A DNA stretch of 64,000 nt. Source: Octopus sinensis. Lineage: Eukaryota. The stretch is taken from assembly GCF_006345805.1 (NCBI RefSeq), contig NC_043013.1:56978001-57042000 (forward strand). Direction: 5' to 3'. The notes under the pieces are model-generated. The model did not search any database. It was not told the DNA's origin and saw only the letters and a program-made list of their open reading frames with translations. Made by a program: the position numbers and the translations under genes. Every line of letters starts with the position of its first letter. The first letter of the stretch is position 1. This document shows positions 1-10,412 of this stretch, one piece after another.

Positions 1-238
1 ACTTGGTGTGGAATAAATATACTATTAAATTAGTATCTAATTCTCTCACCCTTATTAATTAATTATAATTATGCTGCATTTATTTCTAAATGCTGTATTT
101 GTTTCCGTGAGAGTTTTGGCGCGCTGTTGGTTGGGGCATTTGAATTATAACGTCGGTTGTAATCAATTGAACCACACGCGTATTTATCGTTATGGTAAAA
201 TCTGGCGTGTGATTGAGTGTGATTTCATCCAGATAGTC

Positions 239-314
239 TTGGCTGACGAGCTACAAATGGATTATTGTAAGTAATATTACATTTAATTCATTAATAGCGA
301 AACAATTGTCCCAA
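239..314 (+). ncRNA. Type I hammerhead ribozyme, copy 1
   Basis: Stem I TTGG(239-242)/CCAA(311-314). Core CTGACGA(243-249). Stem II GCTA(250-253)/TAGC(295-298) with a long AT-rich hairpin extension. GAAA(299-302). Stem III ACAATTGT is a palindrome. GTC cleavage triplet at 308-310. Confidence 0.88.
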
Positions 315-766
315 AATAATCTGTATTTTGTTATTTTTATTTGCCCTGTCCGTGTGAGCTAACAGTCGTACTTGGCTTTCATGGGAAACATGTATTTTCG
401 TGGTTGAAACCTTTTGGATTAACTGGTGCTAGAGTGATCAATATAGTGACCACTCTCTTATATTTATTTTGTGAAAATTATAATATGTTATAAAATATTA
501 TAATAATCCAGGTTTCTCGTAGCACTAGGCACTTGGTGTGGAATAATATACTATTAAATTAGTATCTAATTCTCTCACCCTTATTAATTAATTATAATTA
601 TGCTGCATTTATTTCTAAATGCTGTATTTGTTTCCGTGAGAGTTTTGGCGCGCTGTTGGTTGGGGCATTTGAATTATAACGTCGGTTGTAATCAATTGAA
701 CCACACGCGTATTTATCGTTATGGTAAAATCTGGCGTGTGATTGAGTGGATTTCATCCAGATAGTC

Positions 767-842
767 TTGGCTGACGAGCTACAAATGGATTATTGTAAGT
801 AATATTACATTTAATTCATTAATAGCGAAACAATTGTCCCAA
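767..842 (+). ncRNA. Type I hammerhead ribozyme, copy 2
   Basis: Same sequence as copy 1: TTGG-CTGACGA-GCTA...TAGC-GAAAC-AATT-GTC-CCAA. Predicted cleavage after 838. Confidence 0.88.
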
Positions 843-1120
843 AATAATCTGTATTTTGTTATTTTTATTTGCCCTGTCCGTGTGAGCTAACAGTCGTACT
901 TGGCTTTCATGGGAAACATGTATTTTCGTGGTTGAAACCTTTTGGATTAACTGGTGCTAGAGTGATCAATATAGTGACCACTCTCTTATATTTATTTTGT
1001 GAAAATATTATAATATGTTATAAAATATTATAATAATCCAGGTTTCTCGTAGCACTAGGCCACTTGGTGTGGAATAAATATACTATTAAATTAGTATCTA
1101 ATTCTCTCACCCTTATTAAT

Positions 1121-1195
<75 letters not shown>

Positions 1196-1223
1196 TATAG
1201 ATATATGTTATATATATATGTAT

Positions 1224-4200
1224 TTTTTTTCATTTCATTTTCATTTCATCTAGTTTCAGCTCACGAGCTGTGGCCATGCTGGGGCACCGCCATTCGGTGT
1301 TGCGACATGATTTTACTTCACGAATGCTTTTTGGCAATTGACATTTGGTGCATGAGAGAGTTTGATGCAGCTGCCCTCATTTGCACCTCCTGCCGTGAAG
1401 TTGGTTCATCTGGGATACCTGACAGGAAGAGGTCCAACATCATTTTGAAGATATCTGCATCCATCCCATGCAGGTCTCTCAGGTCCTTCGGGAGGATATT
1501 GAAGAGCTGTGAACTTCTGAAGCTTAGGCTATCGGAGCATCTTGTCCTATATCTTGATGGCAAATTTGGAGACCTTGTCACTATGCAGTGGCGCCCACTT
1601 CTGGTATTTGTGTAACTCTCGATGCCAAAGTTTGGGACAAGTCCTTCCAGGATCTTCCAGATGTATATTATGACATAGCTTTCTCGCCTACGCTCTAAGG
1701 AATAGAGTCTTAATCTCTTGAGTCTTTCCCAATAGCTTATATGCTGCATAAAGGCTATCTTCTTCGTGTAACTTCGCTGGATTGCCTCAAGTTTTGAGAT
1801 TAATTTGACACTGGATGATGACCATAGCAGAGAGCAATAGTCAAAGTGGCTTAGGACAAGTGTCCTCCAGAGGACCATCATGGTTTCCTGGTCTCTTGTT
1901 CTAAAAGCTCTAAGAATCCATCCGGCCAGCCGCCTACATTTCATTGCCAATTTAGCAACATGCACATGAAAGGTTGCATCATGACTCATGTAAATACCCA
2001 GGTCACGCACTGATTGTGCCTCTGGGATTGCAATCCCTCCAGGTCCAGTGTATTTATTGAGTTTTGCATGATCATAGCATAAAGCTTGAAACTTTTCAGC
2101 ATTGAACTGCATACTTTTCTTTTCAGCCCACTTGTATATTTTGTCCAGCTCACATTGCAGGTGCTTAGTGTCTTCAGGCTTCTGTATTACCTATGAAACT
2201 TTTGTATCATCTGCATAACTTGTGATCGTGGCTCTCTGAGTGGCTGAGGGCATGTCTGAGAGGGCCATTATGAACGGCGGTGGTCCCAAAACAGTGCCTT
2301 GCGGAATACCGCTCAATATTTGCGTGTTATTGGAGGTGGCACCGTTGGCTACTACCACCTGGCTTCTATCCTTCACAAAGTCATGAAGCCATTCTCCCAA
2401 TTTTCCAACTATACCAAGATCACGCAGTTTGTGACATATCATTCCATGATCGACTTCATCAAAGGTCTTTGCCAAGTCGAGATATATGACTTCCACATTT
2501 GAGTGGTTGAGCAGTTGTTTCAGCACCCAGTCATAGTGCTGCAGGAGCTGAGTTAAGCAGCTTCTTCCTGGTCGGAAACCATGTTGGGTATCAGACAGCA
2601 AGTCATTTTCTTCAAGGAAGGCGATTAGTTTCCTTCTGACTATTCGTTCCATGACCTTGCTGATGTTTGAGGTCAGAGAGATAGGTCTGTAGTTCTTGGC
2701 CTCCGCTCTGCTACCCCCTTTATGAATAGGGCATATTTTATCCTCCTTCAGTTTTCTTGGACGTTTGCCAGTTGCAAGGAAGCTCTGAAAGAGGAACAGC
2801 AGTGGTATTGCTAGGACTCGCTTACATACTTTTAGAAGGATTGCTGGGAATCCATCGAGGCCAGTAGCTGAGTTTGGATTCATTTCATCTATAGCCCTTA
2901 TTACATCGCCTTCCTTTATATTGATGTAATCAATCATCATTGCCTCTGATTTTAAATCTGCAGTACTAAAGCGGTCAGTTGGATTGGTGATTTGGAAATG
3001 CCCAAGGGGTGGAGGGAAAATCCTTTTGAATTGCTCATTTAGAATTTCACTTATCCTCTTTGGATTTCCTGTGAGTGTACCATCTTTTTCAAGGAGTGGC
3101 CCTATCCTGCTGTGCACCGTAGCTGTTTCTTTGGCAAACTTGTAGTAAGCTCTGGGGTTAGATTTTATATTGTCTATAGCCCAGGGTTCTTTGTCTGCTC
3201 TTTCTTTTTCATGGGAGAGTTGCAGACATTTTTTAATTTCCAGCAGTTTTATTTTCAGGCGGGACTTTTCACTGCTTTCAATTTGTTTGTTTAGGCGACT
3301 TGAAACTTTTGTACGCAGTTTTGTTTGAGGATCTCTTTCTCAATTTGTTTCCAGTTTGCCTTATGGAAGTTGAAGCTGGAAAGATTCTGAGAGTTTCTTG
3401 TAGACTGCATGTCCATGCTCTCCTTTGGCCCGTACATGGTCAGCTCTACCATATTGTGATCCGAGAGTAGTGTCGGTGTCACTTTCACATTATGGATGAG
3501 ATGCATATTATTTGTGAAGCAGAGATCCAGTATGTTACCTGCCCTTGTTGGTTGGAGTACTATTTGCTCCATGTACAGATTGTTGATGAGGTTCAGGAGG
3601 GACCTCGCCTGTCCTCGTTTGCATCGTGTCATTCCTGGGAGAGAAAGGCCCTCGGGCCATCTGACATTGGGCAGATTGAAGTCTCCCATAAGAAGTACAC
3701 TTATGTGTTCTTCTAATGTGACTAGAACTTCTTCTATTTTTGTAAGGCAATCTTCAAAATTGCCTACATGACCTGGAGCGTCTGGAGGGCGATATGTAGC
3801 ACATATAACTACACCGAGTTGCCTTATATGTACAATTAGTGTGTCACACACCGAATTTGAGTCTGACAAATGGACCTGGGTGTGAGGTCCTCACGGATGT
3901 ACTTAGTAACTCCACCATGACTCCTTTCTTTTCTGTCGGTCCGTAATAGAACATACTCTTGTATGTGTATTTCTGCATCTGCTATATCCGGTTTCAGGTG
4001 TGTTTCTGTAAGTGCTATGCATAAGGCTTGATTGCATGCAACAAGGTCTCTCAAGAAAGGGATTTTTGTCCTGTTACTGAGTGTTAGCAGTCCTCTGATG
4101 TTCAGTAGGAGCATCGAGGTGATGTGTGTGTTATTGCCAGTGGTGTCCACGTTGGGTCTATTTGCTGTGGTGGTCTTGTGTATTGTGGATAGTCCCATCT

Positions 4201-4420
4201 GCGAGTTTGAGTTTGATGGAGCCAGGTTAGCTGCTGTACAATCTTTTGTGCCATGCACAAAAAAGATTCTTGTTCAGCAGCTGCCCTTCCAATAACATGT
4301 TGATGTTTTGTAACAGGCACTACATCTGCGTACCTCCGTTTTGGGGCAGGTGGTGCGTAGTCCTTTCTTTTTCCTTTTGGCAGGTGGTTTCCGCCTTGTT
4401 TCATGTTTATGTGGCGGGGT
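1224..4420 (-). mobile_element. CR1/L2-clade LINE, 5'-truncated and disrupted, flanked by (TA)n, with a (GAAAT)n-like 3' tail
   Basis: APE endonuclease motifs LLNIRGL, ALTETHL, GDFNLP, NILDL, SDHN. RT motifs NYRPISLTS, QHGFRPGRSC, YLDLAKTFD, GIPQGTVLGP, YADDTK. C-terminal LYSLERRR. 3' tail at 1231-1250. Confidence 0.92.
1318..4258 (-). pseudogene. Broken LINE ORF2 (endonuclease plus reverse transcriptase)
   Basis: ORFs 3836-4258, 3291-3869, 2191-3117 and 1318-2112 are consecutive pieces of one ORF2 split by frameshifts and stops. Confidence 0.9.
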
Positions 4421-4947
4421 ATATATATATGTTATATATATGTATATATATATATATATATGTTATATATAAGATGAGGCTCATCTTCTCGGCTGTAGTT
4501 TCCGGCTCAGAACTTCTGGAACCACAGTTGACACTTATTGTCCGAACCCCATTAATACTGCATTAATATTCCTCACATTTTTCTGTTGTGTTGTTGCCTT
4601 TATTGAACTCATGAAGGAAAATATGCCATACATGCTCATTTGCTATTTGCATTATAGCTTTGAAAAAATAACTATTAAAATCGAACTGCAGTCTTCAAAA
4701 CTTGCACTAAGAATAAGAACAAGGTAAAATTACTACAGGCTTTTATAGCAAGTCGATGCATGTAGTCTATCCCATCCCCCTCCGACATTTAGTTCATGCA
4801 ACAGAAAAAACTGCATTATTTATAGGATGACGCAATATTTATATATATATATATATACACACAGGGCAGCTTTTAAGCTAGTATATACGTATGTATATAT
4901 ATATATATACTGCATTATTTATAGGATGACAATATATATATATATAT

Positions 4948-4984
<37 letters not shown>

Positions 4985-5137
4985 GCGAGAGAGGGAGAGA
5001 GAGACATGAATGTGCATATGCCAAGTGTGTGTATCTCTCTTTCTCTGTCTGTCTGTCTGCCTGTCTCTCTCTCCCTCTCCCGCTATATATATATCTATAT
5101 ATGTGTGTGTGTATATATATATATATATTGTGTCATC

Positions 5138-5170
5138 CTTGACAGGGCGGCTTTTAAGCTAGGATATACG

Positions 5171-5263
<93 letters not shown>

Positions 5264-5296
5264 CGTATATCCTAGCTTAAAAGCCGCCCTGTCAAG
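5138..5296. repeat. Perfect 37-bp inverted repeat enclosing a (TA)n tract
   Basis: CTTGACAGGGCGGCTTTTAAGCTAGGATATACGTATG (5138-5174) is the exact reverse complement of 5260-5296. Confidence 0.95.
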
Positions 5297-5679
5297 CGGC
5301 TTTTAAGCAAGTATACAGCTATTAAGCAACTGACCCTGAATGGGAAGATCTGCAAACAGATCTTCGATTTGTTACGGAAATTAGTTGCAATTGCTTCTCC
5401 AGAGTCATATCCCAATGATGATCATATTTGTCGCAAAAAAATCATATAAAAACATGACCGTAAACAATCGCAGTAATAAAAACATAGGAATCCAAAAGTT
5501 CTGGATTGCAGCTCCGGATTCAGCCCAGAATGTTTTTAATTTACTCACGGAGTCAGCTTGATTTCAAAATGGTAAGATATGTTGGGCTATAGCCTCTAGG
5601 ACTAAACTTGAAAAAGTGTGACACACTGACACACTAACATTCACATTTATTACATTATATCATATTATTATATTGTATA

Positions 5680-5895
5680 AAGGCAGCAAGCTGGCAGAAT
5701 CATTAGTGTGCCAGGCAAAATGCTTAGTGGTATTTCATCTGCCATTAGATTTTGAGTTCGAATTCCGCCAAGGTTGACTTTGCCGTTCATCCATTCGGGA
5801 TCAATAAAATTAGGGTCAGCTATGTATTGGGGTCGACGTAATCAACTTAATCCCTTTCCCCAAAATATGTGCCCTTGTGCTTCCAGAAGAAAGGA
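5680..5895 (+). mobile_element. tRNA-headed SINE, family A (degenerate)
   Basis: Head AGCTGGCAGAATCATTAG, B-box-like GAGTTCGAATTCC, central GACTTTGCC..TCATCC..CGGG motif shared with many copies in the window. Confidence 0.8.
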
Positions 5896-6448
5896 TTTAT
5901 TAAAGTTGAAAAACCGACACACTAACGTTCACATTTATTATATTAGATATGTTTAATTTTGGGGAAATTTTATTTTATATGTGTGTGTGTTTGTGTGTGT
6001 GTTTGTGTGTGTGTTTGTGTGTGTGTTTGTGTGTGTGTATGTGTGTGCGTGTGTGTATTTATATATATGTATTAAAGAAAGAAAAAAATAATGGAAAAAT
6101 GCTGGTATTCAGTATGTTGGCGACAGGAATTTCTGTCAAAGAGACATGGTTAAACAAAATTGTCCACCATCTCCCTCTTTCTCTCACATGCCCATCCTTT
6201 CTCTTTTATTATTACTCCCACTGCCACCATCAACACTACTACTTTTAATAAAACATAATCAACTCTCCCTAAATTTCTTTGTCTCTCTTTCTCTCCCTCT
6301 ATTTTCTTTCCCCCCTCTCTCTCTATCTTCGCCACCACCCTCACCGTCTGTATGCCTACTATTACTCTCACCCCATCATGAGGAATAGTATGGGTGTCAT
6401 TCAATAGTGAGAGACATACAAATTAGTTTTTGCATTTATTATATATAT

Positions 6449-6745
6449 GTGTGGTAAGTATCTTGCTTACCAACCACATGGTTCCGAGTTCAGTCCCACT
6501 GCATGGCATCTTGGGTAAGTGCCTTGGGTCGACCAAAGCCTTGTGAGTGGATTTGCTAGATATATGTGTGTGTGTTTGTCCCCCCAACATCGCTTGACAA
6601 CCGATGCTGGTGTGTTTACGTTCCCGTAACTTAGCGGTTCGGTAAAAGAGACCGATAGAATAAGTACTAGGGTTACAAAGAATAAGTACTGGGGTCGATT
6701 TGTTCGACTAAAGGCGGTGCTCCAGCATGGTGACAGAGTAAAGAC
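6449..6745 (+). mobile_element. tRNA-headed SINE, family B (internally deleted)
   Basis: GTGTGGTAAG...GAGTTCAGTCCCACTG head, CCAAAGCCTTGTGAGTGGATTTG body, GGCGGTGCTCCAGCATGG tail. Confidence 0.85.
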
Positions 6746-6874
6746 TATATATATATGTATATATATATATATACGTATATATATGTATATATATATATAT
6801 GTATATATGTGTATATATATAATATATATATGCATATATTTATATGTGTGTGTATATATATATAATATATATAT

Positions 6875-6940
<66 letters not shown>

Positions 6941-6974
6941 TTACACATATATGTATATATGAATGTATGTTTGT

Positions 6975-7205
6975 AGGCATGAGCTGGCAAAAACGTTGAC
7001 ACGCCGGGCGAAATGCGTAGTCGTATTTCGTCTGCTTATGTTCTGAGTTCAAATTCCGCCAAGTCGACTTTGCCTTTCATCCTTTCGGGGTCGATTAAAT
7101 AAGTACCAGTTACGCACTGGGGTCGGTATAATCGACTTAATCTGTTTGTCTGTTCTTGTTTGTCCACTCTGTGTTAGCCCCTTGTGGGCAGTAAAGAAAT
7201 AGGTA
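6975..7205 (+). mobile_element. SINE family A
   Basis: GAGCTGGCA...TTCTGAGTTCAAATTCCGCC...CTTTGCCTTTCATCCTTTCGGGGTCGAT...CCCCTTGTGGGCAGTAAAGAAAT. The central domain resembles the Deu/Nin domain from memory (unverified). Confidence 0.88.
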
Positions 7206-8519
7206 TATATAGGTCTTATGAGCAAACTACACACACAGAGGAAATATGATTTGATGTTTTGGCGTTCACGCATTTCCAAAACGGAGGAGGAGGTTTTTGA
7301 ACTGTAACTGAAATGAGGTGTCACCATGCGAGAATCAAAGGTAGTTCACAGACTCACTTCATTGGAAGCTTACCTCCAACTCTATGCTGTTCAGCACTGC
7401 ATAAATAACACCGTGAATGAATTAATGACATAATGCAGAGAAAGCCAGCCATCAACGGACTTTTTACAAGCAGCCTCTAACAAAGAATTTATGCTTGTGC
7501 ATACGTGCATCTGTTCTTGCGAAGCTGGCACTTTTTGAATCATTGCAACTAGGAAATGTGGTGAGATATTTAAATGCACTCAGGTGTGTATACATCTATT
7601 AAAATACGGATAATTTCCCTTTCACAGAAATATACAAATCAGTACAAACTTTTCTTTTCATTCAGGCATTTAGCGATGTTTTTATTTCTGTTCTGTATGC
7701 ACGAGCACACTCCTGCACACAGACACACACAGACACACACAAACACACACACGTACATATACACAAGTGACAAATTCTTATCCAAAATATTCAAATATAT
7801 ATATATACACTCAAATATACGTATATTTTTATATATACATAAGAATATACCTACATATATATTTATTTATCTATTTATATTTATATATACTAACGCATTT
7901 GTCTTTACATGCACACATATATATTTATATCTGTACGAGCATATACGCATTTGAAAAAGGTTAAAAAATAACTCCATTAGCATCACAAATAAATAAACCA
8001 AAACTTTTCCTCCGTTCCCCCACACCCTCACACTAGAGAATTGAGAACAAACCTTTCTCCAAACATCGATGTTTATTCTATGAAGATTTATTTAAGAATA
8101 TTTCAGGTCATGTCATGATTTTGGGATTTGTATTTTTATGAGGAAGCATAAAGGCAGGTTCTTTCATTCAAAAGCCGAATATGCAAACTTACCAGTTCTC
8201 AACAATATGGATGAAGGATTCATGGAATTCAATTGAAATCGATTTCTGGTTAGCAGCAAAGATTCTTTGGAAAAAAAATCCAAATATAAAATATATCTTC
8301 AAAAGGTATATTTGAGACGTTTAGTTATTTTATCTGTGTTTAATTTATATTTTATTATAGTTGAAAGAAAGTGGAATTTACCACAGGCACAATAAATGAT
8401 AGAGAGAGATCATTAGTTGATCGTATGTATAGAAAAGGAAACAGTGGAACGAAGAGGTATGTGTGTGTGCATATAAATGCATATATGTGTGTGTGTATAT
8501 GGATATATTTTGAGAAAAT

Positions 8520-9200
8520 GGAATGACAGTTATCGCACCCTAAATGTTCATAGCAGTTATACAACCAAATGACATATCTGTCAATGGGAGAATCGTTAAA
8601 ATACCTTACAGTATTCTTTCTGTGTCTTTTGGTTCCGCATTCCAATCTTTCCAGTGTTACGTTTTACATGATCGATATAAATGCACCAGCCAATACCTAT
8701 CAGCTCTTAGGATTGAACGAATCGATTATCAATCAGTAGAAGGAATGCGTAAAGCCATCTAAACTTTCTTCTGGCAATTCTTACAATGCCATTAGTGCCA
8801 TTTCTTGGACATCTATGGCGTGAAGCGGAGACACTTACTGACTGGACAGGTCTCCTATTTTGTTTTTGCATGACATAGCTGTCCATTGGTACTTTTTAAG
8901 GGACGTTATCGTTTGTTCAAATCTGTGTGATTTAAAGACACTCTGAACATACCATTTTGGATGTTTTTTCTTGGCTTCTTTTAATTATTCTGTTCACATG
9001 ATAGACTGGTCCCCTGTATCACCATGTAAATCGAAGGACATACGTTCTTAATGGTATTGTCACGAAAAGAAACACACAAACAACATTTAAAAGTGACTGA
9101 AATGGGATTAAAAATTTTCTATCATGTGCCTGCCATCATGCAATTTGCCTTCGTCCATGTTTCAGCTTTACACCGGGATAACTTTCGTTATTTATGTCCC
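8520..9200 (-). mobile_element. Probable decayed Helitron Rep N-terminal fragment
   Basis: Frameshifted minus-strand translations give, in the expected order, PFQSLL, IQG/PVYH (cf. IQGQVYH), MAL*ELPEE, ILRAD and PIDRYVI, matching animal Helitron Rep N-terminal motifs. Many stops. Confidence 0.42.
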
Positions 9201-9609
9201 ATGTCCCATAACCTAATAATTCAAAACCAGTCATTTAATGCATAACCACAAAATACTGGTGGGATTCGATCTCTAGATGTTTCGAATCTACAAATTGGTT
9301 TTCCTGTTCTTGATATAATGGTTCACTTAAGCAATTTCTTTGAGAACAAACCAATTTCATCAGCACTGATTAATTTTTTTTTTAAGAATTTGTAACCATT
9401 TGTTGTTATGTAAACTAAATGTAACAGAAGTTCTTATCCTGTTTTCCTATCCCTTAATCTACCTTTTTTTAATGCAGCTTGCTATCATAGAGAAAAATCA
9501 CATTTAAAAATACTTGCAGAAATTCATTATTGGCCGGACAGCCAATCTGTATTCAGTGAAGTGTTTGGTTTATAAGATTAATTTAACTGAATCTACTTTT
9601 CCTTATATG

Positions 9610-9852
9610 ACACAACTGCCTACAGTCATTATTTACATTTGACGGATGTTCGTCCTCATCTGGTTTGTTGTTAACACAACATTTCGGCTGATATACCCTC
9701 CAGCTTTCATCAGGTGTCTTTGGGAAATTTTGAACCTGGGTTCTTATTCCCAAGGTATTTTTCAATGTCATTAGTATTATTTAGGTCACTGTCTGGAATT
9801 GAACTTGGAATCTTGGGGTTAGTAGCATATGGCGTAGTGATTAAGAGCACGG
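9610..9852 (-). mobile_element. tRNA-headed SINE-like element (family C) with a hammerhead-like motif in its 3' half
   Basis: Minus-strand head GCTACTAACCCCAAGATTCCAAGTTCAATTCC (B-box like). Downstream GACAC-CTGATGA-AAGCTG..CAGCC-GAAATGTT-GTGTT at 9718-9673. Related partial copies at 25545-25685 and 50995-51065. Confidence 0.7.
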
Positions 9853-10371
9853 GCAAATGGCGTAGTGGATACATAATGTCTCATCTCTTAAATATAGAAC
9901 TGTATTGCCTATAGTCAGTCTGAGATTTTATTTTCGATCTAGAAAAGTATGATGTGATATGAAGAGCACGGGATTATAGTGGCTCAAATGTTTTTTACAC
10001 GCTTAAAAAAAGAAAAACAAATTGTAATATTTTGTTTATAGCTCATTCTTTCTGTTGAACTCTTTTTACTGTCCTGAGATATTATTTTCATTTCAATATA
10101 AACCAACTTTGTCTGCTTTTGGCTTCAGATTCGAAACTCTGTTCTTCAATTTCGCAAATAATAAACAAATTAAAACCTTAAGTGATGCAGGGTCTACTTT
10201 AGAATGTTGCCTATATCACCGTTCTAGAAATGAAAGAAAAATGGAAAACCGAAAGAATGGAGTCATTTTCTGGACGATACACATGAAGTTTAAATAAAAT
10301 CGTTTCAAATGAAAACTGTGCAAAAGTGAAAACGTACAAACCGAAAAACTGAATGCCGTGTAAACTGAGGG

Positions 10372-10412
<41 letters not shown>

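Larger units (their letters stand above)
1..1112. repeat. Head-to-tail tandem repeat, ~530-bp unit (2 full copies plus a partial third; may continue upstream of the window)
   Basis: Unit start ACTTGGTGTGGAATAA recurs at 1, 531 and 1062. The copies differ only by a few 1-2 bp indels. The third copy ends in (TA)n at ~1113. Confidence 0.97.

Noticed and set aside
71-274. 67-aa ORF in the ribozyme repeat unit
   Set aside because: No recognisable motif, it overlaps the ribozyme, and the corresponding frame in copy 2 is shifted by a 1-bp deletion.
7370-7550. Minus-strand exon candidate ending in GAG|GTAAGC
   Set aside because: All three frames from the nearest good acceptor contain stops. Only an unsupported 23-nt micro-exon remains possible.
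10040-10270. Possible MITE with loose inverted ends
   Set aside because: The complementarity is short, AT-rich and patchy, with no clear TIR or target duplication.
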